Shown here: one piece after another, positions 25,413-37,376 of the stretch
How positions within the stretch are numbered: the stretch's first letter is position 1
Layout of the letters: each line of letters starts with the position of its first letter
Assembly (NCBI RefSeq): GCF_018350175.1
Contig: NC_058368.1
Location: 63,304,001 to 63,368,000 of the forward strand
Direction of reading: 5' to 3'
DNA length: 64,000 nt
Source of the DNA: Felis catus
Taxonomy: Eukaryota
Program-made: the position numbers and the translations under genes
The notes under the pieces: model-generated
What the model saw: the letters and a program-made list of their open reading frames with translations, nothing else
What the model was told of the DNA's origin: nothing
Database searches by the model: none

Positions 25413-28058
25413 AGTATTAATAATCTGAAGTTTCTGTCGTAGTACAACATAGCTTTTGATTGAGAAACATGCTATCTGACACTAAATCTGAAGCCTAGTC
25501 TACAACCTGGGCAAGGGGAAACCTTTCCTCTGTGTAAACATTCAATCTTCTAAAAGCCTTAAGTTTCCTGGATGCAACTGGTTAAATTTACTCATGGAAT
25601 GTTTGTCTTTTGCATCCCAAGTCACCTACTCTATCTTACCCACTCCCCATTGGGCATGGTTTTCTTTTGTTGATCAACATCAATCTTAGAAATGGATCCA
25701 AAGTTAATTCTGACATAAGTGAAAATGACTGGTAACTTTTAAAATATTACTTTTCCCTGAAGAATTTCTTTTCAACAAAAATTTGGAAAATTACAGTGAC
25801 ATTGAAAACATTAAAGGTTTTGTAATTAAAGCCTTTACTTGTGGAATTTCAGATATTTGCATTCAGGAGAAATTAACTGGGATGAAGGAGGGAGAAGAAT
25901 TTTTATGCTACTATTGGTAGCGTTAACATATTCAATGAAAAACACATTTTGGAAGCAGAGAATACAGATTTTGCTACAATGCGTATCTAAGATATTTTAT
26001 TCCCTTCATTTATTGTAACACATGATACTCAACTGAATTCTGTGTAAAAGTACAAATGAGGTTTCAAGATTTTCCTAAAAAAATTATTTTTTCTTGAAGA
26101 ACTGAAAACTATGTTTCTCATAACGTAAAAATAATAATGATGGTGCCTAAGGTTTGTTTTATATTTATGCATTTTTATTTTTCTTCCTTGTAAAAAACGA
26201 TTTTGAGATTTCTTTAAAAATTGCCTTCAGCACCCTTCCTTTTAGGAGAAACAGAAGCAACACACGCTTGAAAGTACTGGATTTAAAAATAGAGCAGAGG
26301 CCCTATTATTTGAAACACAGTTCAAGGCAACACAGACAATAAAGCCATTGGCTGGGGTAAAATTTAACTGACCCTTTCAAGGTTGAAATAGGTCTTCAAT
26401 CAAAATGTTTCTTTCTCAGTAAAGGAAGAGCTCTGCATTGAACTGATTTAACAGTAAAACCTACTGAAAAAGCTCTCACTGGGGAAACATAAGCTAAAAC
26501 AAAAACAACAACAATAAAAACCCACTACAATTGTGGTAACTAGACTTGTTGAGCTGTATTTCTCTACTCCAAAGGATACAACAGAGGAGAGGATTTTTTC
26601 TTAAAGTAAAACAAGTCAGATGGACAATGTATTTGTTTTTGTTTTTTTTTTGGAATTATGTTATTCCTTACTCCTGCTGTGTTTATTCAGTTGTTGTATA
26701 CTTTTCACGAGATTTTAGACTTCTCATAAGTAATATTTAAATAAAAAGGCTCTAGTTTTTAACACAAAAGGATATATATGGTTTGCTCTAATGCTTTTTT
26801 CTGTCAATGTACTGACCTGCCTTCAGGTTGAATCTGGTCGTAAGTTTTCACTACAGTAAATGAGTCATAGTAAAGACATTAGCTTGTGCTTCGTGGGAAA
26901 TGTAAAAAAATTTTCCTTGGAAGTTGAGGATATAAATTTCATCCTAGTGAAGTATCTTTCAGTAGCTCTATTTTTTTTCCCAAGCTCTTGACCACTGTAG
27001 TAATAATCACATCAGATGCACAGGCCATCAAGCTGGACATATCAAAATCAATGGGAGGTTTGAAATGATTTAACAAGGTGAGACGAGTGTATCTTCTTGG
27101 TTTCAAAATCAAGAACAGCAAAAAGTATTACTTCACTACTATTTATTCAGGTTGGGAGCAAATCTGATTGGTGCATAAATCCCTGACAAAGAAATGTTAA
27201 TAGAAGCCATAATTCTGAAACCTCCTCAAGTTGTGGAAAGTGAGTCAGACCACACAACAAACCCAGCTCCATTATTAATTTCATACTTGAGTAAAACCAC
27301 ACAGTTAAGCATTCACCACCTGAATTCAAACTACAGCAGACAACAGGATTCGGTGACAACCATAAAGAAAAGTTGAGTTAAAAAAAAAAACTAGAATACA
27401 AGGCTTTCTGTCACAAAAAAAGTCATTTTACTAAGATATGTATTTATTGAATTTAATCATAATATATATGTATATAATATGAACCAGCAATAAGGCCAAA
27501 GCTTATACCATCCGAATGAATTAAAGCACAAAAGTAATTTTCCAGATAATTCTATAAATGACCATTTCTCTTGCCTGGAATCTGAATTAGGCAGAATTCT
27601 GTTAATTAGAATTAACAGTATTCTATTCTCTTTCTTTTCCTATCCCTAGTTGTTATAATTATTTTTACATTTTGCCCAGTTCTTCACTTTGACAATGCAG
27701 GTTTCTTTCAATTATCAAATTGTCTCAAATAATTTTGTGAACCTTAGAAACCCCATGTAAAGTATTGAATATATAGATCAGGAGAGCACCATAAAAACAG
27801 TGGTCTGTGTTACAAATAGGTATCACTACAACCACTGATTGCACTGTTAAATGCATGGCCGGTAGTAGTTTAGAGTGGTACTGGCTTAGGAAAATGTGTC
27901 AAGAAAGGAAGAAAAGGAGAAATTACCAAACACAAATTTGCTTGCCAATTGATGGAAACTGATATACTTTTTGAAGTAATGTCTTATTGAAACGTAAGAG
28001 TTTCACCTGACTTTTAGCTCTTTTCAACATAATACATAATTTGCATGCGCGCACATGT

Positions 28059-28090
28059 GTACACACACACACACACCCACCCACCCACCC
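28059..28090. repeat. (CA)n/(CCCA)n short repeat
   Basis: Visible tandem repeat. Confidence 0.8.
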
Positions 28091-28384
28091 CTACCTTCAT
28101 GCATTTGTCTTAAGACCTGCATCTGTTTCAGGCCCATAAATGAGATCTTTGGGTGGTGTGAATTTCTAGTCATCAGACATGAGTAATGGACTCATGTTCA
28201 CTTAGCATTTTACTTTCTTTGTATAAGGAAACATGTATTCTAGTCTACATCAATGTCCTGTTTCCTAAGCTAATACCTGCAGCTGCACCCTATCATCAGA
28301 TGATTGGATGCTGTTAACACAGGTGTTAATGACAAAAAACAACTCTGAAGTGAAAATACTGGTTTTAAAAAAAGGTAGCATACT

Positions 28385-28577
28385 GGGGTGCCTGGGTGGC
28401 TCAGTCGGTTAGGTGTCCGACTTTGGCTCGGGTCATGATCTCACGGCTCATAAGTTTGAGCCCTACATTGGGTTCTGTGCTGACAGCTCAGAGCCTGGAG
28501 CCTGTTTCAGACTCTGTGTCTCTGACTCTCCCCCCGCCCCCCTCAAGTAAATTAACATCAAAAAAGTCATTAAAAAC
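28385..28577 (+). mobile_element. CAN-SINE (SINEC_Fc-like)
   Basis: ggggtgcctgggtggctcagtcggtt...ctgtgctgacagctcagagcctggagcc; TSD aaggtagcata / aaagtagcata. Confidence 0.93.
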
Positions 28578-28815
28578 AAAGTAGCATATCCCTCAAAACT
28601 AATTGTTACTGACTTGAGTATTCTGGAAGCCTGTTCCAAGAAAAACCATTTACCAAAATATAATTGGAACCATGATAATTCAAACCCAAACAATGATTTA
28701 CTGAAAGCAAAGGTGGAAAGCATGTGAACTGAGAAAAGCTCAATTTTCTATTTTAAGTTATGTGTATAAATGTGGTCTAGGGTATATAAGTTTTCCCCAT
28801 TAGAAAATCACCACT

Positions 28816-28948
28816 TTATTTTTTTATTTACAAAAAAATTATTTAATGTTTATTTATTGTTGAGAGACAGCATGAGTGGGGGAGTGTCAGAGACAGAGAC
28901 ACAGAATGCAAAGCAGGCTCCCAGGCTCTGAGCTATCAGTACAGCTCG
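28816..28948 (-). mobile_element. CAN-SINE 3' half only
   Basis: T-rich tail, gagacagcatgagtgggggag...caggctctgagctatcagtacagc; head missing. Confidence 0.85.
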
Positions 28949-28949
28949 G

Positions 28950-29075
28950 TATTTATATATATAATATATATATAATAATTATATATAATATATATGTGTA
29001 TGTATATTATATATAATTATTATCTGTATTATATATATTATCACTGTATATAATATTTATATATTATATATATAA
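28950..29075. repeat. AT-rich low-complexity (TA/TAA) tract
   Basis: Visible composition. Confidence 0.9.
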
Positions 29076-29159
29076 ACTTATTTGAGATCTAGACAAAGCA
29101 AAAGTAAAAAAAAAAGTAAAAATTAAAAAAATTAGTGAAACAGATTTGGTAGTGTTTTT

Positions 29160-29390
29160 TTTTAATTTTTTTTTTAATGTTTATTTATTTTTGAGACAGA
29201 GAGAGACAGAGCATGAGCGGGGTGGGTCAGAGAGAGGGAGACACAGAATCTGAAACAGGCTCCAGGCTCTGAGCTGTCAGCACAGAGCCCGACGCGGGGC
29301 TCGAACTCACGGACCACGAACTCACGGACCACGAGATCATGACCTGAGCCGAAGTCGGCCGCTTAACCGACTGAGCCACCCAGGCGCCCC
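29160..29390 (-). mobile_element. Young felid SINE (SINEC_Fc) with a 15-bp internal duplication
   Basis: CpG-rich; TSD tggtagtgttttt at 29147-29159 and 29391-29403. Confidence 0.96.
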
Positions 29391-31189
29391 TGGTAGTGTT
29401 TTTGAAATGGCTTTTTGGAAGAGATTTACTAGTAGTGACCCCTTGCCTCTTTGCCTTAAACTGTTAAAAGTTGACTAGCTCATACTAAGTCTTACCTCAG
29501 AAAGACATTTTTAAGATTTAGGAATGCATTTGAGCTGTGTTTGCCATTTGATTTATCATTTGTGTAATGAATTTTCTAGTAATATGAAGGGTGGAATTAC
29601 TCAAAAACAAAGAACATACTATTTTTAAATCTGTTTTCATTAGAATATGGAAAGATATGAGGGTGGGGTTGAAATAATGCTACACTGTTTATTTACCATT
29701 TCCTGACCTGTCCCTCCTCCCTTCACTTCCCATATCTCCTCCTGCCCTTGGTCCTGTGTCATAGCCCATTCCATAGGCAGTGTGGTTTTACTACAGCCTG
29801 CTGCTGCAAAACCTCTGGTCTGTGTGCCCGTTGTGCTTATGTTCCATATATTGTCATGAGAAATCAATAATACTACTTTTTCTAAGGGGATCTAGGAGGC
29901 TGGGGCTTAAGGGAAGTTATGGTCCAATATGACAGTATTTGCAACTAGAGAAGTTAAAAAATTTACAAGGACTCTTTATATTCTCACTTCTTAAACATAG
30001 TTCTAAGTTTATAGAGAAGGCACTTTAATAATTTATATATTCAAAAAAAGGATTGAACAAATAGCACTGATTAATTCCATTCAACATGCATGTACTCAAT
30101 TATTTTGGCAGTTAAGTCATAGAACCACCACTCTGATATTGTTTAAACAAATAGAAAGTCTCAAATTCTTTTTTGACAGTAGAAGGATCTTTGAAGATTT
30201 GGCCAAATAGATAAAACTATGACAGATATTCAAAATTTAATCAGATATTACTATTATATTTGCAAAAGTTATATGGCCCCAAAGAGATACAAAGAATATG
30301 AAACAAATGAGGGATCCCCCCAGTTTTGAATATCTTCATAATTGGCAAAGAAGGCCATTTAAATATTAAGAGCCAAAGAAATGGTAGAGCCTAATCAAAT
30401 AATGTAGCATCATCGGTGGGAATTTCAGATTTCCATGATTAAAACTGAAAAATAGACTGCTGAGGCTACTAGGGCTATGCCTATAAACAGGACTCAGGGT
30501 ATCTCATCAGTGTCATGAAAAAGAGTCCAGAGAATATTCTCTCAAATGTCCCTGGTCATTATGCAGTCATAACCAATTGAGAAGCTATCCTCCAAATTGC
30601 TTGGGATAATATCATTGTTTATTTAACAAATAAGATTCATTAAAATGAGGAAGGGTATGAAATTAAGTACAGAAAGGCCTAAGAGAATCAAACATATTGT
30701 GTTAATATTTTTGTATTAAGATATGTGGGCATTTAGTTTCTATGATGTGTAATGTTCACGGGAATTTGTGCTATTAGAACAGCCTTGTGATTCTAATTTA
30801 ATATGTGTCACTGAATAATTGATTTCAACTTGTGATTTAAAGCTGAAAAGTGTAAATGAAATGCTAATGCAAAATACTGGACATTTAATAGAACTTACAA
30901 ATAGTCATTTCAATAAGTTTAATAAGTAGAAGTATTACTTGAGTACTTGAAAGCTGGTTAGTCAGAAAATCAAATTACTTTAAAAGTATATTTGAATACA
31001 CGAAATGAGAATTTAATTTAAAATATTTACTAATCTTTAAGTTTTAAATATCACCAACTATTAATTAAAGATCTCTTTAAAGTGGTATTAAATTCTTCTG
31101 GTATCCCAACTATATAAATTGATTTATAAGCCTAACAAAGAACTAAATTTTAATATGTGTAACTTTAATAAATGTCTTTTTATGTACTC

Positions 31190-31599
31190 TTTTTTCTAAG
31201 TTTTTATTTAAATTCCAGTTAGTATAGTATAATATTAGTTTCAGGCATACAATATAGTAATTCAACACTTCTATATATCACCTGGTGCTCATCCCAACAA
31301 GTGCACTCCTTAATTCCCATCACCAGTTTAATCCATTCCCCACCCACCTCCCTACTATTAACCATCAGCTTGTTCTCTATAGTTAAAAGTCTGTTTCTTG
31401 GTTTGCCTCTCTTTTTTCTTCCCGTTTGCATATTCAATATGTTTCCTCAGCTACACATATGAGTGAAATCATATGGTATTTGTCTTTCTCTGACTTCTTT
31501 CACTTAGCATAATACTCTGTAGCTCCATGCATGTTGTTGCAAACAGCAAGATTTCATCTTTTTTATGTCTGAACAATATTCCTGTGTGTGTGTGTGTGT

Positions 31600-31643
<44 letters not shown>

Positions 31644-31803
31644 CTATCGATGGACACTTGGGCTGTTTCCATAATTTGGTTATTGTAAATAATGCTGCTA
31701 TAAACATCAAGGTACCTGTATCATGTTGAATTAGTATTTTTGTATTCTTTGGGTAAATACCTAGCAGTGCAATTGCTGGACCATAGGGTAGTTCTATTTT
31801 TTT
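31190..31803 (-). mobile_element. Older carnivore L1 3' end
   Basis: Minus translation IELPYGPAIALLGIYPK...WKQPKCPS; 3'UTR tattagtttcaggcatacaatatag; contains (TG)n/(CA)n. Confidence 0.9.
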
Positions 31804-31817
31804 TAAATATTCAATGA

Positions 31818-31917
31818 CATTTTTTAAGTTTATTTTTGAAACAGAGCATGAGAAGAGCAGGGCAGAGAGAGGAGACAAATAATCACAAGCAGGCTCCAGG
31901 TTGTTAGCACAGAGCTC
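31818..31917 (-). mobile_element. CAN-SINE 3' half
   Basis: gtttatttttgaaacagagcatgag...gcaggctccaggttgttagcacagagc; head absent. Confidence 0.8.
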
Positions 31918-33196
31918 TTGCTTGTTGTTGTTGCTTGAGATTTTCTTTTTCTTTTTTTTTTATGTATAATTTATTGTCAAATTGGTTTCCATATAACATG
32001 CAGTGCTCATCCCCGACTTTGCACTCCCCCCCACCCCCAATCAACCCTCAGTTTATTTTCAGTTTTTTAAGAGTCTCATATGGTTTGCCTCCTTCCCTCT
32101 CTGTAACTTTTTTCCCCCTTCCTCTTCCCCATGGTCTTCTGTTAACTTTCTCAGGATCCACATAAGAGTGAAAACATATGGTATCTGTCTTTCTCTGCCT
32201 GACTTATTTCACTTAGCATAACACACTCCAGTTCCATCCACATTGTTACAAAAGGCCATATTTCATTCTTTCTCATTGCCAAGTAGTATTCCATTGTATA
32301 TATAAACCACAACTTCTTTATCCATTTGTCAGTTGAGGGACATTTAGGCTCTTCCCATAATTCGGCTATTGTTGAAAGTGCTGATATAAACATTGGGGTA
32401 CAAGTGCCCCTATGCATCAGTACTCCTGTATCCCTTGGGTACATTCCTAGCAGTGCTACTGCTGGGTCATAGGCTAGATCTATTTTTAATTTTTTGAGGA
32501 ACCTCCACACTGTTTTCCAGACTAGCTGTACCAGTTTGCATTCCCACCAACAGTGCAAGAGGGTTCCCGTTTCTCCACATCCTCTCCAGCATCTATAGTC
32601 TCCTGATTTGTTCATTTTAGCCACTCTGACTGGCATGAGGTGGTATCTCAGTGTGGTTTTGATTTGTATTTCCCTGATAAGGAGCGACATTGAGCATCTT
32701 TGCATGTGCCTGTTGGCCATCCGGATGTCTTCTTTAGAGAAGTGTCTATTCATGTTTTCTGCCCATTTCTTCACTGGATTATTTGTTTTTTGGGTGTGGA
32801 GTTTGGTGAGCTCTTTATCGATTTTGGATACTAGCCCTTTGTCCAATATGTCATTTGCAAATATCTTTTCCCATTCCTTCAGTTGCCTTTTAGTTTTGTT
32901 GATTGTTTCCTTTGCAGTGCAGAAGCTTTATATCTTGATGAGACCCCAATAGTTCATTTTTGCTTTTAATTCCCTTGCCTTTGGAGATGTGTCAAGTAAG
33001 AAATTGCTGTGGCTGAGTTCAGAGAGGTTTTTTCCTTCTTTCTTCTCTAGGGTTTGGATGGTTTCCTATCTCATATTCAGGTCCTTCATTCATTTTCAGT
33101 TTATTTTTGTGAATGGTGTAAGAAAGTAATCTAGTTTCATTCTTCTGCATGTTGCTGTCCAGTTGTCCTAGCACCATTTGTTAAAGAGACTGTCTC

Positions 33197-33413
33197 GGGG
33201 CGCCTGGGTGGCTCAGTCGGTTAAGCAGCCGACTTCGGCTCAAGTCACGATCTCACAGTCTGTGAGTTCGAGCCCCCCGTCAGGCTCTGTGCTGACCGCT
33301 CAGAGCCTGGAGCCTGTTTCAGATTCTGTCTCCCTCTCTCTCTGACCCTCCCCTGTTCATGCTCTGTCTCTCTCTGTCTCAAAAATGAATAAACATTTAA
33401 AAAAAATTTAAAA
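33197..33413 (+). mobile_element. SINEC_Fc inserted in L1 ORF2
   Basis: Near-consensus; TSD aaagagactgt at 33183-33193 and 33414-33424. Confidence 0.95.
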
Positions 33414-35750
33414 AAAGAGACTGTGTTTATTCCATTGGATATTCTTTCCTGCTTTGTCAAAGATTAGTTGGCCATACTTTGTGGGTCCAATTCCAGAGTC
33501 TCTATTCTATTCCATTAGTCTATGTGTCTGTTTTTGTGCCAATACATGCTGTCTTGATGATTACAGTTTTGTAGTAGAGGCTAAAGTCTGGGATTGTGAT
33601 GCCTCCTGCTTTGGTCTTCTTCAATATTACTTTGGCTATTTGGGGTCTTTTGTGGTTCTATACAAATTTTAGGATTGCTTGTTCTAGCTTGGAGAAGAAT
33701 GCTGGTGCAATTGTGATTGGGATTGCATTGAATGTGTAGATTGCTTTGGGTGGTATTGACATTTTAACAATATTTATTCTTCCAATCCATGAACATGGAA
33801 TGTTTTTCCATTTCTTTGTATCTTCTTCAATTTCCTTCATAAGCTTACTATAGTTTTCAGCATACAGACCTTTTACATCTTTGGTTAGGTTTATTTCTAG
33901 GTATTTTATGATTCTAGGTGCGATTGTGAATGGGATCAGTTTCTTTATTTGTCTTTCTGTTGCTTCATCTGTGCCAATTTTGATGCCTTTGTTGTCTGAT
34001 TGCTGATGCTAGAATTCCTAATATGTTCAACAACAGCAGTGAGAGTGGACATCCCTGTCGTGTTCCTGATCTCAGGGGGAAAGCTCTCAGTTGTTCCCCA
34101 TGGAGGATGATATTATCTGCGGGCTTTTCGTAAATGGCTTTTATGATGTTTAAGTATGTTCTTTCTATCCCAACTCCTCGAGGGTCTTTATTAAGAAAGA
34201 TGCTGAATTTTGTCAAATGATTCTTCTGCATTGATTGACAGGATCATATGGTTCTTATCTTTTCTTTTATTAATGTGATGTATCACATTGATCTGTGAAT
34301 ATTGAACCAGCCCTGCAGCCCAGGAATGAATCCCACTTGATCATAGTGAATAATTCTTTTTATATGCTGTTGAATTCAATTTGCTAGTATCTTGTTGAGA
34401 ATTTTTTCATCCATATTCATCAGAGATATTGGCCTGTAGTTCTCTTTTTTGCTGGGTCTCTGTCTGGTTTGGGAATCAAAGTAATGCTGGCTTCATAGAA
34501 TGAGTATGGAAGTTTTTCTTCCCTTTCTATTTTTTGGAACAGCTTGAGCAGGATAGGTATGATCTCTGCTTTAAATGTCTGGTAGAATTCCCCAGGGAAG
34601 CTCTCTGGTCCTGGACTCTTATTTGTTGGGAGACTTTTGATAACTGATTCAATTTCTTCACCAGTTATGGGTCTGTTCAAATTTTCTATTTCTTCCCGTT
34701 TGAGTTTGGGAAGTGTGTGGGTGTTTAGGAATTTGTCCATTTCTTCCAGGTTGTCCAGTTTGTTGGTATATAATTTTTCATAGTATTCCCTGATAATTGC
34801 TTGTATTTCTGAAGGATTGGTTGTAATAATTCCATTTTCATTCGTGATTTTATCTATTTGGGTCCTCTCCCTTTTCTTTTTGAGAAGCCTGGCTAGAGGT
34901 TTATCAATTTTATTTTTTCAAAAAACCAACTCTTGGTTTCATTGATCTGCTCTACAGTTTTTTTAGATTTGATATTGTTTATTTCTGCTCTGATCTTTAT
35001 TATTTCTCTTCTTCTACTGGGTTTGGGGTGTCTTTGCTGTTCTGCTTCTATTTCCTTTAGGTGTGCTGTTAAATTTTGTATTTGGGATTTTTCTTGTTTC
35101 TTGAGATATGCCTGGATTGCAATGTATTTTCCTCTTAGGACTGACTTCATCGCATCCCAAGCATTTGGATTGTTGTATTTTCATTTGTTTCCATATATTT
35201 TTTTAAATTTCTTCTCTAATTGCCCGGTTGACCCATTCATTCTTTAGTAGGATGTTCTTTAACCTCCATGCTTTTGGAGGTTTTCCAGACTTTCTCCTGT
35301 GGTTAATTTCATGGTGCATGGTATGATCTCCATTCTTTTACACTTATGAAGGGCTGTTTTGTGACCCAGTATGTGATCTATCTTGGAGAATGTTCCATGT
35401 GCACTCAAGAAGAAAGTATATTCCGTTGCTTTGGGATACAGAGTTCTAAATATATCTCTCAAGTCCATCTGATCCAATGTATCATTCAGGGCCCTTGTTT
35501 CTTTATTGACCATGTGTCTAGATGATCTATCCATTGTTGTAAGTGGAGTATTAAAGTCCCCTGAAATTACCACATTCTTATCAATAAGATTGCTTATGTT
35601 TGTGATTATTTTATATATTTGGGTGCTTTCGAATTCAGGGCATAGACATTTATAATTGTTGGCTCTTCCTGATGGATAGACTCTGTAATTATTATATAAT
35701 GCCCTTTTTCATCTCTTGTCACAGCCTTTAATTTAAAGTCTAGTTTGTCT

Positions 35751-35957
35751 GGGGCTTCTGGGTGACTCGCTTGAGCGGCTGACTTCAGTTCAGGTCATGA
35801 TCTCACAGCTCGTGAGTTTGAGCCCCTCATCGGGCTCTGTGCTGGCAGCTCAGAGCCTGGAGACTGCTTCAGATTCTGTGTCTCCCTCTCTCTCTGCCCC
35901 TAATCCACTCGCATTCTGTCTCTGTCTCTCTCAAAAATGAAATTAAAAAAAAAACAT
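35751..35957 (+). mobile_element. SINEC_Fc inserted in L1 ORF2
   Basis: TSD ttaaagtctagtttgtct / ttaaagtagtttgtct. Confidence 0.93.
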
Positions 35958-36120
35958 TAAAGTAGTTTGTCTGATACAGTATGGCTACTCCACCTTTCTT
36001 TTGACTTCCAGTAGCATGATAGATAGTTCTCCATCCCCTCACTTTCAATGTGAAGGTGTCCTCAGGTATAAAATGAGTCTCTTGTAGACAGCAAATAGAT
36101 GGGTCTTTTTTATCCATTCT

Positions 36121-36330
36121 TTTTTTTTTAACATTTTTTATTTTATTTTTGAGAGAGAGAGACAGAGTACGAGGTGGGGAGGGGCAGAGAGAGAGGATGA
36201 CACAGAATCTGAAGGAGGCTCCAGGCTCTCAGCTCTCAGCAGAGCCCGATGCGGGGCTCGAACCCACAAACCATGAGACCGTGACCTGAGCTGAAGTCGG
36301 CCACTTAACCGACTGAGCCACCCAGGCACC
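36121..36330 (-). mobile_element. SINEC_Fc inserted in L1 ORF2
   Basis: TSD tccattct at 36113-36120 and 36332-36339. Confidence 0.93.
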
Positions 36331-36479
36331 TTCCATTCTGATACCTTATGTCTCTTGGTTAGAGTATTTAGTCCATTTACATTCAGTGTTATTACTGAAA
36401 GATATGGGTTTAGAGTCATTGTGATATCTGTAGATTTCATGCTTGTAGTGGTGTCTCTGGTACTTTGTGGTCCTTGCAA

Positions 36480-37376
36480 CATTTCACTGAGAGTCCACCC
36501 TTGAATCTCTTGTAGGGCTGGTTTAGTGGTGAAGAATTCCTTCAGTTTTTGTTTGTTTGGGAAAACCTTTTTCTCTTCTATTCTGAATGACAGACTTGCT
36601 GGGTTAAAGATTCTTGGCTGCATATTTTTTCTGTTCATCACATTGAAGATTTCCTGCCATTCCTTTCTGGCCTGCCAAGTTTCAGTAGATAGGTCTGCTA
36701 CTACCCTTATGTATCTACCTTTGTATGTTAGGGCCTATTTATCCCTAACTGCTTTCAGAATTCTCTCGTTATCCTTGTATTTTGCCAGTTTCACTATGAT
36801 ATGCTGTGCAGAAGAGCAATTCAAGTTACGTCTGAAGGGAGTTCTCTGTACCTCTTAGATTTCAATGCCTTTTTCCTTTCGTAGACCCGGGAAGTTCTCA
36901 GCTATGATTTGTTCCAGTACACCTTCATCCCCTTTCTCTCTCTCTCTTCTTCTGGAATTCCTATGATTCAGATACTGTTACATTTGATTGCATCAGTTAG
37001 TTCTCTAATTCTCCCCTCATACTCCTGGATTTTTATTATTTTTCTTTTTCTCAGCTTCCCCTTTTTCCATAATTTTATCCTTTAATTCACCTGTTCTCTC
37101 CTCTGCCTCTTCAATCCGTGCTATGGCCACCTCCATTTGATTTTACACCTCATTTATAGCATCTTTTAATTCCTCATGACTAATTTTTAGTCCCTTGATC
37201 TCTGTAGCAATAGATTCTCTGCTGTCCTCTATGCTTTTTTCAAGCCCAGCAATTAATTTTATGACTATTATTCTAAATTCTTGTTCTGTTATATTGCTTA
37301 AATCAGTTTTGATCAATTCGTTAGCTGTCACTACTTCCTGGAGTTTCTTTTGAGGAGAATTCTTCCGTTTCGTCAT
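36480..37376 (-). pseudogene. L1 ORF1, disrupted
   Basis: MTKRKNSPQKK...EFRIIVIKLIAGLEK; QPRIFNPASLSFRIE...LKEFFTTKPALQEI. Confidence 0.9.

Larger units (their letters stand above)
32151..36419 (-). pseudogene. L1 ORF2 (endonuclease/reverse transcriptase), disrupted
   Basis: [74 protein letters not shown]; broken by stops, frameshifts, SINEs and a deletion. Confidence 0.95.

Noticed and set aside
29490..29600. Minus-strand donor GAG|GTAAGA with a possible ~80-nt exon
   Set aside because: Such motif pairs are expected by chance; no further support
32151..32846. 231-aa ORF as a host gene
   Set aside because: It is the cysteine-rich C-terminus of a dead L1 ORF2
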